DNA of 64,000 bases. Origin: a virus (taxonomy: Duplodnaviria > Caudoviricetes). The position numbers and the translations under genes were made by a program. How positions within the stretch are numbered: the stretch's first letter is position 1; each line of letters begins with the position of its first letter. The notes beneath the pieces were generated by a model. It searched no databases and was not told the DNA's origin. It saw only the letters and a program-made list of their open reading frames with translations. Below, piece by piece: positions 8,149 to 18,185 of this stretch. The DNA is taken from IMG/VR virus record IMGVR_UViG_643692013_000008, positions 1 to 64,000 of that record. One strand, written 5' to 3'.

Positions 8149-9789
8149 TCACCATTCAATGAGCATGAAACCGGGCATGCCGGGCGTACCGACGGAGCCG
8201 TTAGTGGTCCCCGTCGTAGTGGTCGGGCCATACGACCCACCCGCGCCGGAGCCGCCGACGCCGTAGCCATAGGAAGCGGACGGGGCGATCAGGTTGGCGA
8301 CGCCGCCAATCGCGCCGCGGCCGGGCGCTCCGCTCGCGCCGAACGGGCCGCCGCCACCGCGGCCACCCGTCGCGCCAGGTCCGTACTGGGACGTGTCTTG
8401 GCCGTATTCGCCGTTCGGGAATCCGTTGCCGCCGGGTTGGCCGGGCCATGCCTGCGTCGGCGCGCCGCTGCTCCCCACTTGGCCACCTGCACCCGCGGGC
8501 AGCACGTCAGATCCCACCGAGGTGTTGCTCCCGTTGCCACCGGTGCCCCCGACGGCGCCGGCTACGCCGCCAGCTCCGATCACGATCGGAACGACCTGGC
8601 CAGGTGTCACCGACATTGGGTTTCGGATCCACGATCGACCGGCACCACCACCAGCAGAACCGGCGACGATGTTGTTGGCGGGGATGTTCGGCGATCCGGC
8701 GCCACCTCCCCCACCGGCACAGCCAGTTCGATAGATCGTCGTCACCCCGGGCGGCACGGTGAAGTTGCCGCTCGATGTAAAAATCTGGAAGCGCGGTGCT
8801 CCCAACTGCACACTGCCAGTACAGGTGATCAGCACGTACGAGGAAATGTCGGCACGCCAGAGCAGCAGCGCACGACCGCCCGCGGCGAGCTCGCCGCCCG
8901 TGAGAGCACTCTGGGAAACGCCGACGATGGGCGCAGCCGCGATTACGCCCGGGTTGGGGGTGAAGGTCGCCGCCCCGGTATTCGTGTTCGCCACCTTCAC
9001 CCAGAAGGCCTGGTTGTCGGTGAGAGTCGTAGACGGAACGGGGAAATTCGCCTGCAGCGTGTTGACCGCGCCAACGTCGGTGCCGAAGTTGAGGTTGCCG
9101 GTCTGAACCGATTGAAGAAGGCCGCTCGGCAGAATCGGCGCGCCCGAGTACTGGGCGATGTTCGCCGACGTGATCGAGGTTTGGCCGAACGCGACAGTGA
9201 TCACCCAAAGGCCCACCCAGCCGGTGTCCGGCGACGGCGTCGCCTGGGTCCCGCTCGTCGCAGGGATCCCGGCCTTCACCTGAAATGCGACCACTCCATC
9301 GCGGAATGTGTTGCTCGTCGCACCCGTATTACCGGGCCCTGACCACGGGGTCGCCGGGTTCGCGGCGTTGTAGAACTGCAGCACCACCGGAGCGTTCCCG
9401 GTGGTCGGATCAAGGCTGATATCGCTGTCCTGATACTGCGCCTCGATCAGGTAGCTGATCGACTGCCCGCTCGTACCGGGCGGCGCAAACGCCGAGCTGA
9501 TGTACGTTTCGAGCTGAATGCCCTGTTTGAGGATCTGATCGGTCGTGTCGGCCGGCAACGTGCCGCACGTGGTCGCTTCCAGGTTCTCGAGTTGGTAGAT
9601 CTCGCCCTTCCCGATTTGGACAGTCATGCCGGCCGGCGATGTCGGGGTGCACGCAAGCCCCTGCACGACGGTGTTGGTGCCGAGCACCGCCGAGCTGAGC
9701 TTCGCCAGCCCCACCATGGTTTGCTGCGCCTGAGCGGAGAATGTCCACTCGTAGACTTGCTGCCCGATATACGTTTCGATGCGACGCAT
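8149..9789 (-). CDS. Tail fibre protein with glycine-rich C-terminal domain
   Basis: Follows baseplate genes; FTSSGNFTVPPGVT..GGGGG glycine-rich signature. Confidence 0.85.
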   Translation of the reverse strand: MRRIETYIGQQVYEWTFSAQAQQTMVGLAKLSSAVLGTNTVVQGLACTPTSPAGMTVQIGKGEIYQLENLEATTCGTLPADTTDQILKQGIQLETYISSAFAPPGTSGQSISYLIEAQYQDSDISLDPTTGNAPVVLQFYNAANPATPWSGPGNTGATSNTFRDGVVAFQVKAGIPATSGTQATPSPDTGWVGLWVITVAFGQTSITSANIAQYSGAPILPSGLLQSVQTGNLNFGTDVGAVNTLQANFPVPSTTLTDNQAFWVKVANTNTGAATFTPNPGVIAAAPIVGVSQSALTGGELAAGGRALLLWRADISSYVLITCTGSVQLGAPRFQIFTSSGNFTVPPGVTTIYRTGCAGGGGGAGSPNIPANNIVAGSAGGGAGRSWIRNPMSVTPGQVVPIVIGAGGVAGAVGGTGGNGSNTSVGSDVLPAGAGGQVGSSGAPTQAWPGQPGGNGFPNGEYGQDTSQYGPGATGGRGGGGPFGASGAPGRGAIGGVANLIAPSASYGYGVGGSGAGGSYGPTTTTGTTNGSVGTPGMPGFMLIEW

Positions 9790-9806
9790 GTGATGGCCTG
9801 AAAATG

Positions 9807-9830
9807 AAAAAGCCCGCACGAGGCGGGCTT
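9807..9830 (-). terminator. Intrinsic terminator before the fibre gene
   Basis: AAGCCCGC...GCGGGCTTTTT hairpin. Confidence 0.7.
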
Positions 9831-9858
9831 GGTGGAGGTGAATGCGGCCCTTGCCGCA

Positions 9859-10605
9859 TCAGTCGAGTGTTGATTGATCCAGTACGAAATTCGCGCCGAG
9901 CACCGGCGTGGGCACACCGAAGTTCGTGATGCACACGCCAATCTTCGTGGCCGCCGGCCGAGTCGCATTCACGGCGGCGAAAATGTCTGCATCCGTCGCC
10001 TGGGTGACTTCCTGGGTAAGGGAGCCAGTGTAGCCGTGCGACGTCGGTGCCGAGAGCGCGGACCACGTGGGCGCATTCGCGTAGGCGGCCCCCAATGAGC
10101 CGCCCGTCACCTGAGGTCGGTAGACCGTGATCAGGGCAGTGAACGGAGCCGCAATGGACCCCATCCGGGCCACGCCACAGAAGCTGTTCGGACCGGTGTT
10201 CGCACCGCAGCAACCCGTGTCGAGCGGCCGCGCGGGCTCAAAAATGACCGGGTGCCGCCCTGTTAATTGCGTGAGCACCGCATCCATAGCCGGCCGCGTT
10301 GCTCGCCGTTGGAACAACGTCAGCTTGATCCGTGCGATGTAGGAGGCGTCCGTTTCTCCCGCCTTGCGTAGCAGGCTGTCGCCGAAGAAGTCTGCCGCCC
10401 ACAGGTCGATCCAACCGCCAGTCGACGCCTGGAGCCTGGTTTGCGCCCATGCGAATTGCACGAGCAAGTAGATGGTCGAGAGCACTGCGGCGACTCCCGA
10501 CAGCACCGCGCTGATGATCGGTGCTTCCGCCCAGTCGCCGAACCACCCGCGCGGCATGTAAGACTTCAGCCGCGACAAGATATCTGTCGAATCTCCCGTT
10601 GCCAT
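9859..10605 (-). CDS. Baseplate wedge subunit (gpI/DUF2313-like)
   Basis: Position after baseplate J; WIDLWAADFFG..R..GETDASY..RI motif. Confidence 0.8.
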   Translation of the reverse strand: MATGDSTDILSRLKSYMPRGWFGDWAEAPIISAVLSGVAAVLSTIYLLVQFAWAQTRLQASTGGWIDLWAADFFGDSLLRKAGETDASYIARIKLTLFQRRATRPAMDAVLTQLTGRHPVIFEPARPLDTGCCGANTGPNSFCGVARMGSIAAPFTALITVYRPQVTGGSLGAAYANAPTWSALSAPTSHGYTGSLTQEVTQATDADIFAAVNATRPAATKIGVCITNFGVPTPVLGANFVLDQSTLD

Positions 10606-11727
10606 TCAGTTCACCGTGATGGTTCCAGGCATGACGCGCTGGGTGTTGGTGACCGTGATGTCGCTCGTGCCGCCGTTCAGCAGCACCCCGGTCACATTCG
10701 TGACGCCAGCGACGCCGTAAGCAATCGAGGCGAGGATGGTGTACGGAAGCGAGACGCCGTCGCCCAGGCCTTCGATGTAGGACGAGAGCGCAGCAGTCAC
10801 CTGCTCGACCGCGGTGGCGTGCGTCACGCCGGTTGTGGTGATAGCCATGGTCACGTTGGCGGTCACATCCTGCGGACCGTGCACGCTGTACGTCGAACAG
10901 AGCGGCCGCGCCACTTCAACCGCTGCACCGACAGCATCCAGCGTGCTGCTCGGCGGATCTCCCGTCCCGTCGTCCGTGATGACCGTGAAGTAGCCGTTCT
11001 GCGGCTGGCCGTTGTACTGCTGGTTCTCGAGGATCGTGCTCTTGACGTTCAGCGCGACGCTGTTGGCAGCCGCCTTCACTGCGGCCAGCGTGGCGCCCCC
11101 GATCGCAGCCACCCACAAGACGAACCGAGCGCGCGCTGCAGCGTCGGATTCGGCGTCGACGCCGTTCTGGACGGCCAACGAGTTTGAGACGAAATCGACG
11201 CCGGGAATCGCGGTGCCCAGCGTGTTCAGTGCCCCGGCGGAGACGTTCCCGATCGTGCCTGCAACCGTGCATTGCACCGTCACCGACACGCTCGCCTGGC
11301 CGGCCGGAATCACGTAGCCGCCTTGAGCCGCGCTGTATGCCGGATTGGTCGTATCGGCCACGACAGCGAACTGGACCGTGCCGTCGGCGGTCTGGACGAT
11401 ACCTCCAACCTCCACGAGCGCCTGACTCGTCGGCGTGAAGCGAGAAAACGTCTCCTGCGTCGTTGCAGCGTCCGCCGGCAACCGCGCGAAGCCGAATTGC
11501 GCGAACCAGCTATCCAGGTCAGCGCCTGTCGACGTCGAGGCCCGCGTCAGCGCCAACACCTGGAGCACCAGCCCTTGCAGCCAGAGCGCAACACCGCCGG
11601 TGGCCTCCGCAATGGCGAGCAGCACCGAGCCAACGGTGAAGTCGATGAGCTGCGACGCCGCCCCCTGAACCGCGGTGGCGAAGTTCTGAACGATCGTCGC
11701 GAACGACTGGGTAGACAGATTTGCCAT
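10606..11727 (-). CDS. Baseplate J/gp47 family protein
   Basis: GTIGNV, GVDAESDAAARAR and VAGVTNV motifs. Confidence 0.9.
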   Translation of the reverse strand: MANLSTQSFATIVQNFATAVQGAASQLIDFTVGSVLLAIAEATGGVALWLQGLVLQVLALTRASTSTGADLDSWFAQFGFARLPADAATTQETFSRFTPTSQALVEVGGIVQTADGTVQFAVVADTTNPAYSAAQGGYVIPAGQASVSVTVQCTVAGTIGNVSAGALNTLGTAIPGVDFVSNSLAVQNGVDAESDAAARARFVLWVAAIGGATLAAVKAAANSVALNVKSTILENQQYNGQPQNGYFTVITDDGTGDPPSSTLDAVGAAVEVARPLCSTYSVHGPQDVTANVTMAITTTGVTHATAVEQVTAALSSYIEGLGDGVSLPYTILASIAYGVAGVTNVTGVLLNGGTSDITVTNTQRVMPGTITVN

Positions 11728-12135
11728 TTAGGGCTCTTGTGAGATATCGAACGACACCAGTTGCGTCTGCGCCGTGTTCGCGTCGGTATAGGAGATCGAC
11801 GTGCTGACGACGTTCTGCGTCTGCGTCAGGCTGATCTGCGGTTGAGGCTGTCGAGCGACAGCCGCCTCGAGCAGCATCTGCCCTTTGATCAGCGCCGTCG
11901 TCACCGGGACGTTGCCAGGCGAGCCAATCTTCCTCGGCACGCCGGCACCGTACTGCGGCTGCCACGTGTAGTCGGCCGAGGCGATCGGATTTCCGGCCGC
12001 ATCTGAGAGGGCTGGATTCGTCAGCAGACGTCGATAGACCCGCTGCACGCCCGTCGTCGGGCCATCGGCGACCACGAGATCGCCGGACGGCGACGCGGAG
12101 AGGTCCGTGCCGTAGTAGTGGTAGAGATCGACCAT
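11728..12135 (-). CDS. Baseplate wedge/sheath initiator (gp25/gp46-like)
   Basis: GDL..ADG, RRLLT and PQYGAG motifs; synteny. Confidence 0.78.
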   Translation of the reverse strand: MVDLYHYYGTDLSASPSGDLVVADGPTTGVQRVYRRLLTNPALSDAAGNPIASADYTWQPQYGAGVPRKIGSPGNVPVTTALIKGQMLLEAAVARQPQPQISLTQTQNVVSTSISYTDANTAQTQLVSFDISQEP

Positions 12136-12854
12136 CAGCTCACCGGAGTCCCTGTATTCGCGCCGCCGTTGCCATTCGAATGCACGTGCGTGCTGTCCAC
12201 GTGCTTCCCGTTGTTCGTGATCGAGCCGGTCGAATCGATGTCGCCGACGATCTTGAAATCGCCGGTGATGGTCGATGCCGCCCCGGTCGGGTTCTCACCC
12301 GTGATCGTGATACCGGCCTCGCCGGTGATCGTCTCGGTCACGGTCAACGTGCCATTGATGATCGTGTCCGCGTTGACCTTCAGGCCGCCCGCGAACGCCA
12401 CGGTTCCAGTGCCATCGCCATTCATCACCACCGTCGAGCCTGCCGCATCGTTCGCGGTGAGCTTTCCGTCGTTGGTCAGCTTCAGGAACTGCCCTTTCTC
12501 GTGCACTGCCCAGATCTCGCCAGACGGTACCGCGGGTGCCGGCTGTGCAATCGAGAAGACGCGCGCCACAACCGTGCCAGACGAGAAATCGCCACCCTCG
12601 TACACCACCAGCACCTGGTCGCCGAGCTTCGGCCCGACGGCGACGCCCCAGCCGCTGCCGATGCCGATCGCGCCGAGCGGCATCCAGTTCGACTCCGCCT
12701 CGCCTACCGTGGGATCGACGGGCTGAATGACCACCTTCACAGCGTGCCGATTCGGGTCATAGCTGCTGATCGTCGCCAGTTGAGGCAGTGAGGCCAAACC
12801 ATGAGTGCCAAGGGCCTGTTGCCGAATCGCGTTTGCCAGAGCCGGATAGCTCAT
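12135..12854 (-). CDS. Baseplate spike (gpV/gp45-like)
   Basis: OB-fold N-terminus (SNWMP, P..GDQVLV), C-terminal HxH metal tip. Confidence 0.9.
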   Translation of the reverse strand: MSYPALANAIRQQALGTHGLASLPQLATISSYDPNRHAVKVVIQPVDPTVGEAESNWMPLGAIGIGSGWGVAVGPKLGDQVLVVYEGGDFSSGTVVARVFSIAQPAPAVPSGEIWAVHEKGQFLKLTNDGKLTANDAAGSTVVMNGDGTGTVAFAGGLKVNADTIINGTLTVTETITGEAGITITGENPTGAASTITGDFKIVGDIDSTGSITNNGKHVDSTHVHSNGNGGANTGTPVS

Positions 12855-13969
12855 AGGGTCACCTCGGAGTCTGGGGAGTGGTTCTTCGCACCGATGATCA
12901 TGTCGTAGCCGCCCTCGAAACTGAGCGTGCGCCGGATGTTGTCGGTGTAATACGCCTGGTCGAACTTCGTCCCGGTGCCGGTGAGCGACAGCATCGACGG
13001 GATGTCGAGGTCGTTGTCACCGGGCAGCGCGACACCTTCCAGCTTCATCTCGTGCGCAACGATCTGCTGGTACCACTTCTGCGCATACTGCAGCGCCTGG
13101 TCCTGCGTCAGGTTCGGCACGGTCCGCGAATAGATCTGCGCGCCGGCGCCAACTGCCGACGATCCAACGCGAATCGTCTTCACGTTCGACGGATAGGCGA
13201 CCGTGAACCCCTTCGCGTAGCTCTTGTTCCAACTGCGGATCTTCACCTGGATGCCGCGCGATATCGTCAGCGCGCGCGTGAACCGTGCGGCCTCGAAGTT
13301 CGCCTTCGCGCCGGCTGTCGTGCCCGGCGGCACGTAGACGATCGGGTAAGGCGTCGTCTTCGCAGGATCGAGCGGCGCCTGGAAGTACAGCGACTGCCCG
13401 CGCACCCACACCTTGAATCCTTCGATGTTGGCCAAGTAGTTGAGAATGTCCCACTCCGATCGCTCGTCCGCCATGTTGACGTGGTCGATCTCGTAGTACT
13501 TCCCGACCTGCGTCGTGGTCGCGGTCACCACCGGCGTCAGGCCGTGCGACTTCGCGAGAGCAGTAGCGATCTCGCTCGACGTCTTGTTCGGCCACTTCTG
13601 CGTCGTCTTGTTGTCGATGAACACCCGCGACAGATCACGCCCATCGACACTGACGGTGTAGGCGGCCGGATCGATCACGACGTGGTCGACCTGGCCGTAG
13701 ATGAAGCTCTTGAGGTCCGACGGGCTGAAATTCAGCGGATCGGCAGGAAACCCGATGAACAGCTCCACGTACATGTCCTGCTGTTCGGAGAACCAAGCGA
13801 CATTGCGGCCCGGCGGCAGCTGCGCGCCGGCGAATGTGCAGCGAAACGTGTCCGCCGCGTAGTACGCGTTGTTGTCGACCTCCAGCTCGATCCACCCCTT
13901 GATCAGTTCGCCGTTCAACTTCACCGCCCCGCGCGGCGAGCGTGCGGTCGGTTGGAGGAATGAAGTCAT
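12851..13969 (-). CDS. Baseplate hub (gpD/gp44-like)
   Basis: 372 aa between LysM initiator and spike; ADTF motif. Confidence 0.82.
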   Translation of the reverse strand: MTSFLQPTARSPRGAVKLNGELIKGWIELEVDNNAYYAADTFRCTFAGAQLPPGRNVAWFSEQQDMYVELFIGFPADPLNFSPSDLKSFIYGQVDHVVIDPAAYTVSVDGRDLSRVFIDNKTTQKWPNKTSSEIATALAKSHGLTPVVTATTTQVGKYYEIDHVNMADERSEWDILNYLANIEGFKVWVRGQSLYFQAPLDPAKTTPYPIVYVPPGTTAGAKANFEAARFTRALTISRGIQVKIRSWNKSYAKGFTVAYPSNVKTIRVGSSAVGAGAQIYSRTVPNLTQDQALQYAQKWYQQIVAHEMKLEGVALPGDNDLDIPSMLSLTGTGTKFDQAYYTDNIRRTLSFEGGYDMIIGAKNHSPDSEVTL

Positions 13970-13972
13970 GGA

Positions 13973-14938
13973 TCAGGAAGAAAGGACGCCGCCGCTCGCG
14001 CTGGCCACGTAAGGCGGGATGATCAGCGTCGAGATGCCCGCCAGCGTCGGGTCGGTCAGGTTGTTGGCATTCGCGATGAGCGTCCACGCCGTAGGGTCGC
14101 CGTACTCCTTCGACGCGATATCGAACAGGTTTCCTCCCGGCACGGTCGTCGTGCGCACGCTCGAGTTCACCAGGCCCAGATTCGTCTTAATGCGCCCGAG
14201 CAGGCCGCTGAGCTGCAGCAGTTGGGTCTGCTGGCCGCACGCCCCGAGCTGCGACGTGAAGACCGAGATATTGGACAGGAGCGGTACCGACGGCAGCACG
14301 CCGGCCGGCACGCCCACGCTGGCCAGAACCGAGTCGGTCGACGCGATCAGCGACGACACGCGCTGGGCCGCAGCATTCAGTGGCTGGAGCACCGACGCGA
14401 CCGTGCTCTGCGCCGCACCAACGAACGTCGAAACCGAGCCCACTGCGCTCGATACCGTGTCCATCAGGCCGCTCAGCGTGCTGTCGCCGATGCCTTCCGT
14501 CAGCGAGTTGGCGGAATCCAGATCGCCGTCGATGAGGTCGTCCGCATCGGGCTCACCGGCCTCGTAGACCGGCGCCGTCAGATCGGCGACCACCTCGCAC
14601 GAGATCCGGTACGGGATGCGCGCGAACCGATAATCCGGGTCGAAGCTGCGGATGAACACCTGCAGGTAGATCTCGTCCCACGACAGGTAGAGCGGCTGCG
14701 CCGCGTCCATCATCTGCTTGAGCGTCAGAGCCCTGTCGAGCGCCGTCTGGCCGTCCTGGGTCGGGAAGAACTGCCCGGCCCACTCGATCGGCCGCGGGTC
14801 CGTCCCGAGCGCCTGCACATCGCGCACGCCGCCCAGCATTTTCTTGATCGAGAGGCGTTGGTCTCCACCGAACCCGATAACTTCCGGGACCTCGAAATCT
14901 TGAAACTCAAAGTCGCCGAGGATGAGAGTCGTAGCCAT
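13973..14938 (-). CDS. Tail tube initiator with C-terminal LysM
   Basis: LFDIASKEYGDPTAWTLIANAN LysM motif. Confidence 0.85.
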   Translation of the reverse strand: MATTLILGDFEFQDFEVPEVIGFGGDQRLSIKKMLGGVRDVQALGTDPRPIEWAGQFFPTQDGQTALDRALTLKQMMDAAQPLYLSWDEIYLQVFIRSFDPDYRFARIPYRISCEVVADLTAPVYEAGEPDADDLIDGDLDSANSLTEGIGDSTLSGLMDTVSSAVGSVSTFVGAAQSTVASVLQPLNAAAQRVSSLIASTDSVLASVGVPAGVLPSVPLLSNISVFTSQLGACGQQTQLLQLSGLLGRIKTNLGLVNSSVRTTTVPGGNLFDIASKEYGDPTAWTLIANANNLTDPTLAGISTLIIPPYVASASGGVLSS

Positions 14939-14939
14939 A

Positions 14940-16847
14940 TCAACCGCCCTTGATACCAGGCATCGGGACCGCCACCGTCGGATCGACGCCCAAGCCATAC
15001 ATTCCGGACCCGAGCGCGCCGGCCATGTACGGCGTCACGGCCTGAGCGATCTTGCGACCGTCCAGGTTGATCGTCGTGTGGACGTTGCCAGTGGAGGCGT
15101 CCTTCTTCGGGACAGTCGGGTCCGGAGTCGCTTGCTTGTCTCCGCCGAACATGCTGCCAATGAGGTGCCACGGCCACGCAGCAGCCCCCGTGATCATCGA
15201 ACCCATGGACTGAATTGCCTTACCCGCGTCGCTATTTGCAAATGCGGCAATGGCGCGGAGCACCTCCGTACCGGTCCTGAGAATTTCGGTCACCTGGGGC
15301 AGCATGGAGTTTCCAAACTGCGTCTTGAAGTCCGTCCACGCGGCTTCGAAGTCTTTCTCAGCGCCAGTCGCCGTGCCTTTCGCTAGATCTAGCGCCGGAT
15401 CTAGTCCTTTGGTCTTCTGGAACGCCTCCAGGGCAGATCGAATCACGGGTTCCTGCTGATCGATCTTCGAAAACAGATTCCCGCCAGTGCTCCCGAAGAA
15501 CATAGCGTTCATACGATCGCGATCGGTATCTTTGTAGCCCTGCTTGTCGTAGTAAGGCCGAACGTATTTGAAATAATATTCAGCCGCGTTGTTGGCATAC
15601 TCGTCCGAGTGCTGAAGAGGATTTCCAAGGAATCGTTTTATTCCTCCGTTCCCGTTCAACTCGACTTTCGACTTGTCCCAGATCCCGGCTTTAATCAGTT
15701 CATGCACTGCCTGATTGGGAAGCTTGATAATGCCGTTCATGCGGTTGTACGCAGTCCGCATCGCCGTTGCGAATGAGCCACCCTTGAACTCGCCGATAAT
15801 CGGCTCCAGCTCGGCGATCGCGTCCATGCCCATGCGCTGTACTGCCACGCCGCCAGTGCGGTACATCTGCCGAAGTTGCTCCCAGTTCACCTGGCCGCCC
15901 GAGGTCTGGGTCATCCGGAACCCGAAGTCGGCCAGCTCCGCGAAGCGCTGCGAGTCGCGCGCGCCGCCCTGTAGCTCGACCGCCCGCAACATCGCGAGCG
16001 ACTCGTGCTTCAACTTCGCCTGCGACTCCTCGGACAGGATCGAGCTGGCCGCCATCATCTTCGCGAGGAACGGCGCCGCCATCTTGGCGCCGGCCAGGGC
16101 CTTCTCGCCGGTTTCGCCCGACTCGCGGAAGACCGCCTGCGCCTCGTTCATGTAATGCATCGCCTCGTTCTCGGACGTTGCATAGGCGTGCAGGTTGTGG
16201 GCGAAATCGAACGCGCTCTTGTTCTGGGCGTCGTCCATGCCGAACAGCTTGAATCGGGCGTGCTCGGTCTGGAGATTCTTGGCGGACTCGTAGAATTGCT
16301 TGCCCACATAGCCGGCGACCATGGCCGCGCCCAGCGGCACCAGGGCGTCGCTCATCAGGCCCATGCCCACGCCGCCGATGCCAATACCGTGCGAGCCGAA
16401 ATGCAGGTTGCCGCCGTGAATCCGGCCGCCGTGGCCCCCACGTCCCGCGCCGCCACCTCCACCGCCTCCGCCGCCCGGGCCCGGCAACCAGCGGCCACCG
16501 CGCATGCCGGCGAGCGTGGTGGCCAGCGTCTTCGCCTGCACGTTCGCTGCGGTCAACTCCGCCTCGATGCCGATCTTCCCGGTCGGGATGGCGCCCTTGA
16601 TGCCGCGCAGGTTCCGCTCGGCCAGCGCTGCCTGGTTGCCGACCGCCTTCAGGCTGGAATCGAGCGCCTTCGACGCGGCTGCCACGTTGCGGACCCCGCC
16701 GGCTTCCGCGCCGATCTTCTGCAAGCGCTTCCCGAGCTGGAGCGCCATCGCGTCGACCTTCGAGAACTCGCGCGAGAGCTTGAGCAGCTCGGGCGACACC
16801 CGGTCAACCAGCTTCAGGGTCGTGCCGATGTCGTAGACGTTGATCAT
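14940..16847 (-). CDS. Tape measure protein
   Basis: 635 aa Ala/Gly-rich helical protein after the chaperone genes. Confidence 0.85.
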   Translation of the reverse strand: MINVYDIGTTLKLVDRVSPELLKLSREFSKVDAMALQLGKRLQKIGAEAGGVRNVAAASKALDSSLKAVGNQAALAERNLRGIKGAIPTGKIGIEAELTAANVQAKTLATTLAGMRGGRWLPGPGGGGGGGGGAGRGGHGGRIHGGNLHFGSHGIGIGGVGMGLMSDALVPLGAAMVAGYVGKQFYESAKNLQTEHARFKLFGMDDAQNKSAFDFAHNLHAYATSENEAMHYMNEAQAVFRESGETGEKALAGAKMAAPFLAKMMAASSILSEESQAKLKHESLAMLRAVELQGGARDSQRFAELADFGFRMTQTSGGQVNWEQLRQMYRTGGVAVQRMGMDAIAELEPIIGEFKGGSFATAMRTAYNRMNGIIKLPNQAVHELIKAGIWDKSKVELNGNGGIKRFLGNPLQHSDEYANNAAEYYFKYVRPYYDKQGYKDTDRDRMNAMFFGSTGGNLFSKIDQQEPVIRSALEAFQKTKGLDPALDLAKGTATGAEKDFEAAWTDFKTQFGNSMLPQVTEILRTGTEVLRAIAAFANSDAGKAIQSMGSMITGAAAWPWHLIGSMFGGDKQATPDPTVPKKDASTGNVHTTINLDGRKIAQAVTPYMAGALGSGMYGLGVDPTVAVPMPGIKGG

Positions 16848-16881
16848 TTCGCTATAAAATCAATGGCTTCTGGGAGGGAAC

Positions 16882-17133
16882 ATGCGAATTTCGTACCGCA
16901 TCCACGAATGGCTGGCCGATCACATTTCGTGGGTCCAATACCCCAAGCCGCGGCTCCGCAGCTTGAGCGGCCACCCGCACGGGTTCCGCGCCTGGTGGGC
17001 GCACCGGCCGCCGATCAACCGGTTCGTGGCGATCTTCGGGCCGACGGCCCTGCTGTTCGTGCCGCGGATCGGCGTGTACCTGACGATCTGCAGCATCCTG
17101 TTCCTGTTCGCCTACTTCAACCGCCGCTGGTAA
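16882..17133 (+). CDS. Antisense moron, small membrane protein
   Basis: GGAGG RBS; two C-terminal hydrophobic segments; opposite strand inside the tail operon. Confidence 0.65.
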   Translation: MRISYRIHEWLADHISWVQYPKPRLRSLSGHPHGFRAWWAHRPPINRFVAIFGPTALLFVPRIGVYLTICSILFLFAYFNRRW

Positions 17134-17599
17134 GGCGACCGCGCCGCCAGCCGCGGCCGGACACCCATGCGAAGGTCGTCCAGGCCGCCATCGCCATGAT
17201 CCGCGGCGTCGCGTGAATGGCGGCCGGCCCGAACACCGGGCGCGGGGGCTGCTTGGACGTCCCCAGATCGAACCAGACCAGGTTCTGGTCGCTCGACCCG
17301 ACGACAGCGTGCCCGTGCTCCACGTGCCGTCCGATCGACGCCTGCGCCTCACCCGAACGAAAGCCCGGGTCGTTCTCCGAATAGCCCAGCCGCGCCCGCT
17401 CTGCCTGGGTGGATTCGGCCAGTTCTTCCCACGCGGGAAACTGGCCAACGGCGGACTGGTACTCGCCGAGCATCCCCTTGGCGTTCTTCTCGATGTCTTC
17501 TGCCGCGCGGTCCGCGATGAAGTGGACCACCTCCGGGCCGGCCAGCGCGAGACGCTCGAGGTGGGCGGCAAACGCGCCGAAGCTGTTGAACCGTTTCAT
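17117..17599 (-). CDS. HK97 gp10-like tail completion/morphogenesis protein
   Basis: GTSKQPPRPVFGPA motif. Confidence 0.8.
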   Translation of the reverse strand: MKRFNSFGAFAAHLERLALAGPEVVHFIADRAAEDIEKNAKGMLGEYQSAVGQFPAWEELAESTQAERARLGYSENDPGFRSGEAQASIGRHVEHGHAVVGSSDQNLVWFDLGTSKQPPRPVFGPAAIHATPRIMAMAAWTTFAWVSGRGWRRGRLTSGG

Positions 17600-17778
17600 G
17601 CGCCCCCCTCGAACTGCCCTGTCGAAAAGTTGTAGGTCTTCCCGGTTTCCTGCTCCGAGAAGATCACCGACCACGCGAATCGCGTCGTGTCGTCCATGCC
17701 GAAGGCGACGTCGAACGGCACGCCGTGACGCACCAGCCAGAGGCACCGGCGCGTCTCGGGGTCACCTACGATTTTTTT
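17596..17778 (-). CDS. -1 frameshift extension of the chaperone (GT)
   Basis: A AAA AAA at 17778-17772; -1 frame IVGDPETRRCLWLVRHGVPFDVAF...GGA* with stop overlapping the next ATG. Confidence 0.75.
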   Translation of the reverse strand, partial: KKIVGDPETRRCLWLVRHGVPFDVAFGMDDTTRFAWSVIFSEQETGKTYNFSTGQFEGGA

Positions 17779-18176
17779 GCGAGATCCTCGTCGACGCTGG
17801 ACTGCTCAGCGCTGAAGTGCGCGCTGACGCCCTCCGAGAGCGCCTCGTACCCGTGCTCGTCGAGCCGCTGATACAGCGCCTCGATTTGCGCCTTCTGGGC
17901 CGGCGGCGGCACCGGGACGCCGTCGATCGACACGACGAACATCAGCGGCCACACCGTGCCGGCCCACAGCTTGTTGGCCGATGACTCGCCCATCGCGTCG
18001 ATGAATCGCAGCCGAGCGAGCGGGCCGGGCTTGCGCAGGACGATCGCGCGCCCCGCGGTGTCGACGACGGTCACTTCGCTCGCGCCCTGCGAGATCACGG
18101 TCTGGGACGGCGTCAGCGGTGCTGCGGGCGCTTCTCCGGCGGCGCCCTGCGGGCGAACGATCACTTTCTGGTTCAT
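17766..18176 (-). CDS. Tail assembly chaperone (G)
   Basis: Between tube and tape measure; ends ...AKKS over a slippery A7. Confidence 0.82.
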   Translation of the reverse strand: MNQKVIVRPQGAAGEAPAAPLTPSQTVISQGASEVTVVDTAGRAIVLRKPGPLARLRFIDAMGESSANKLWAGTVWPLMFVVSIDGVPVPPPAQKAQIEALYQRLDEHGYEALSEGVSAHFSAEQSSVDEDLAKKS

Positions 18177-18185
18177 GTGGCTTCC

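Noticed and set aside
5942-9789. DGR or invertible tail-fibre system
   Set aside because: No reverse transcriptase, TR/VR repeat pair, invertase or flanking inverted repeats seen
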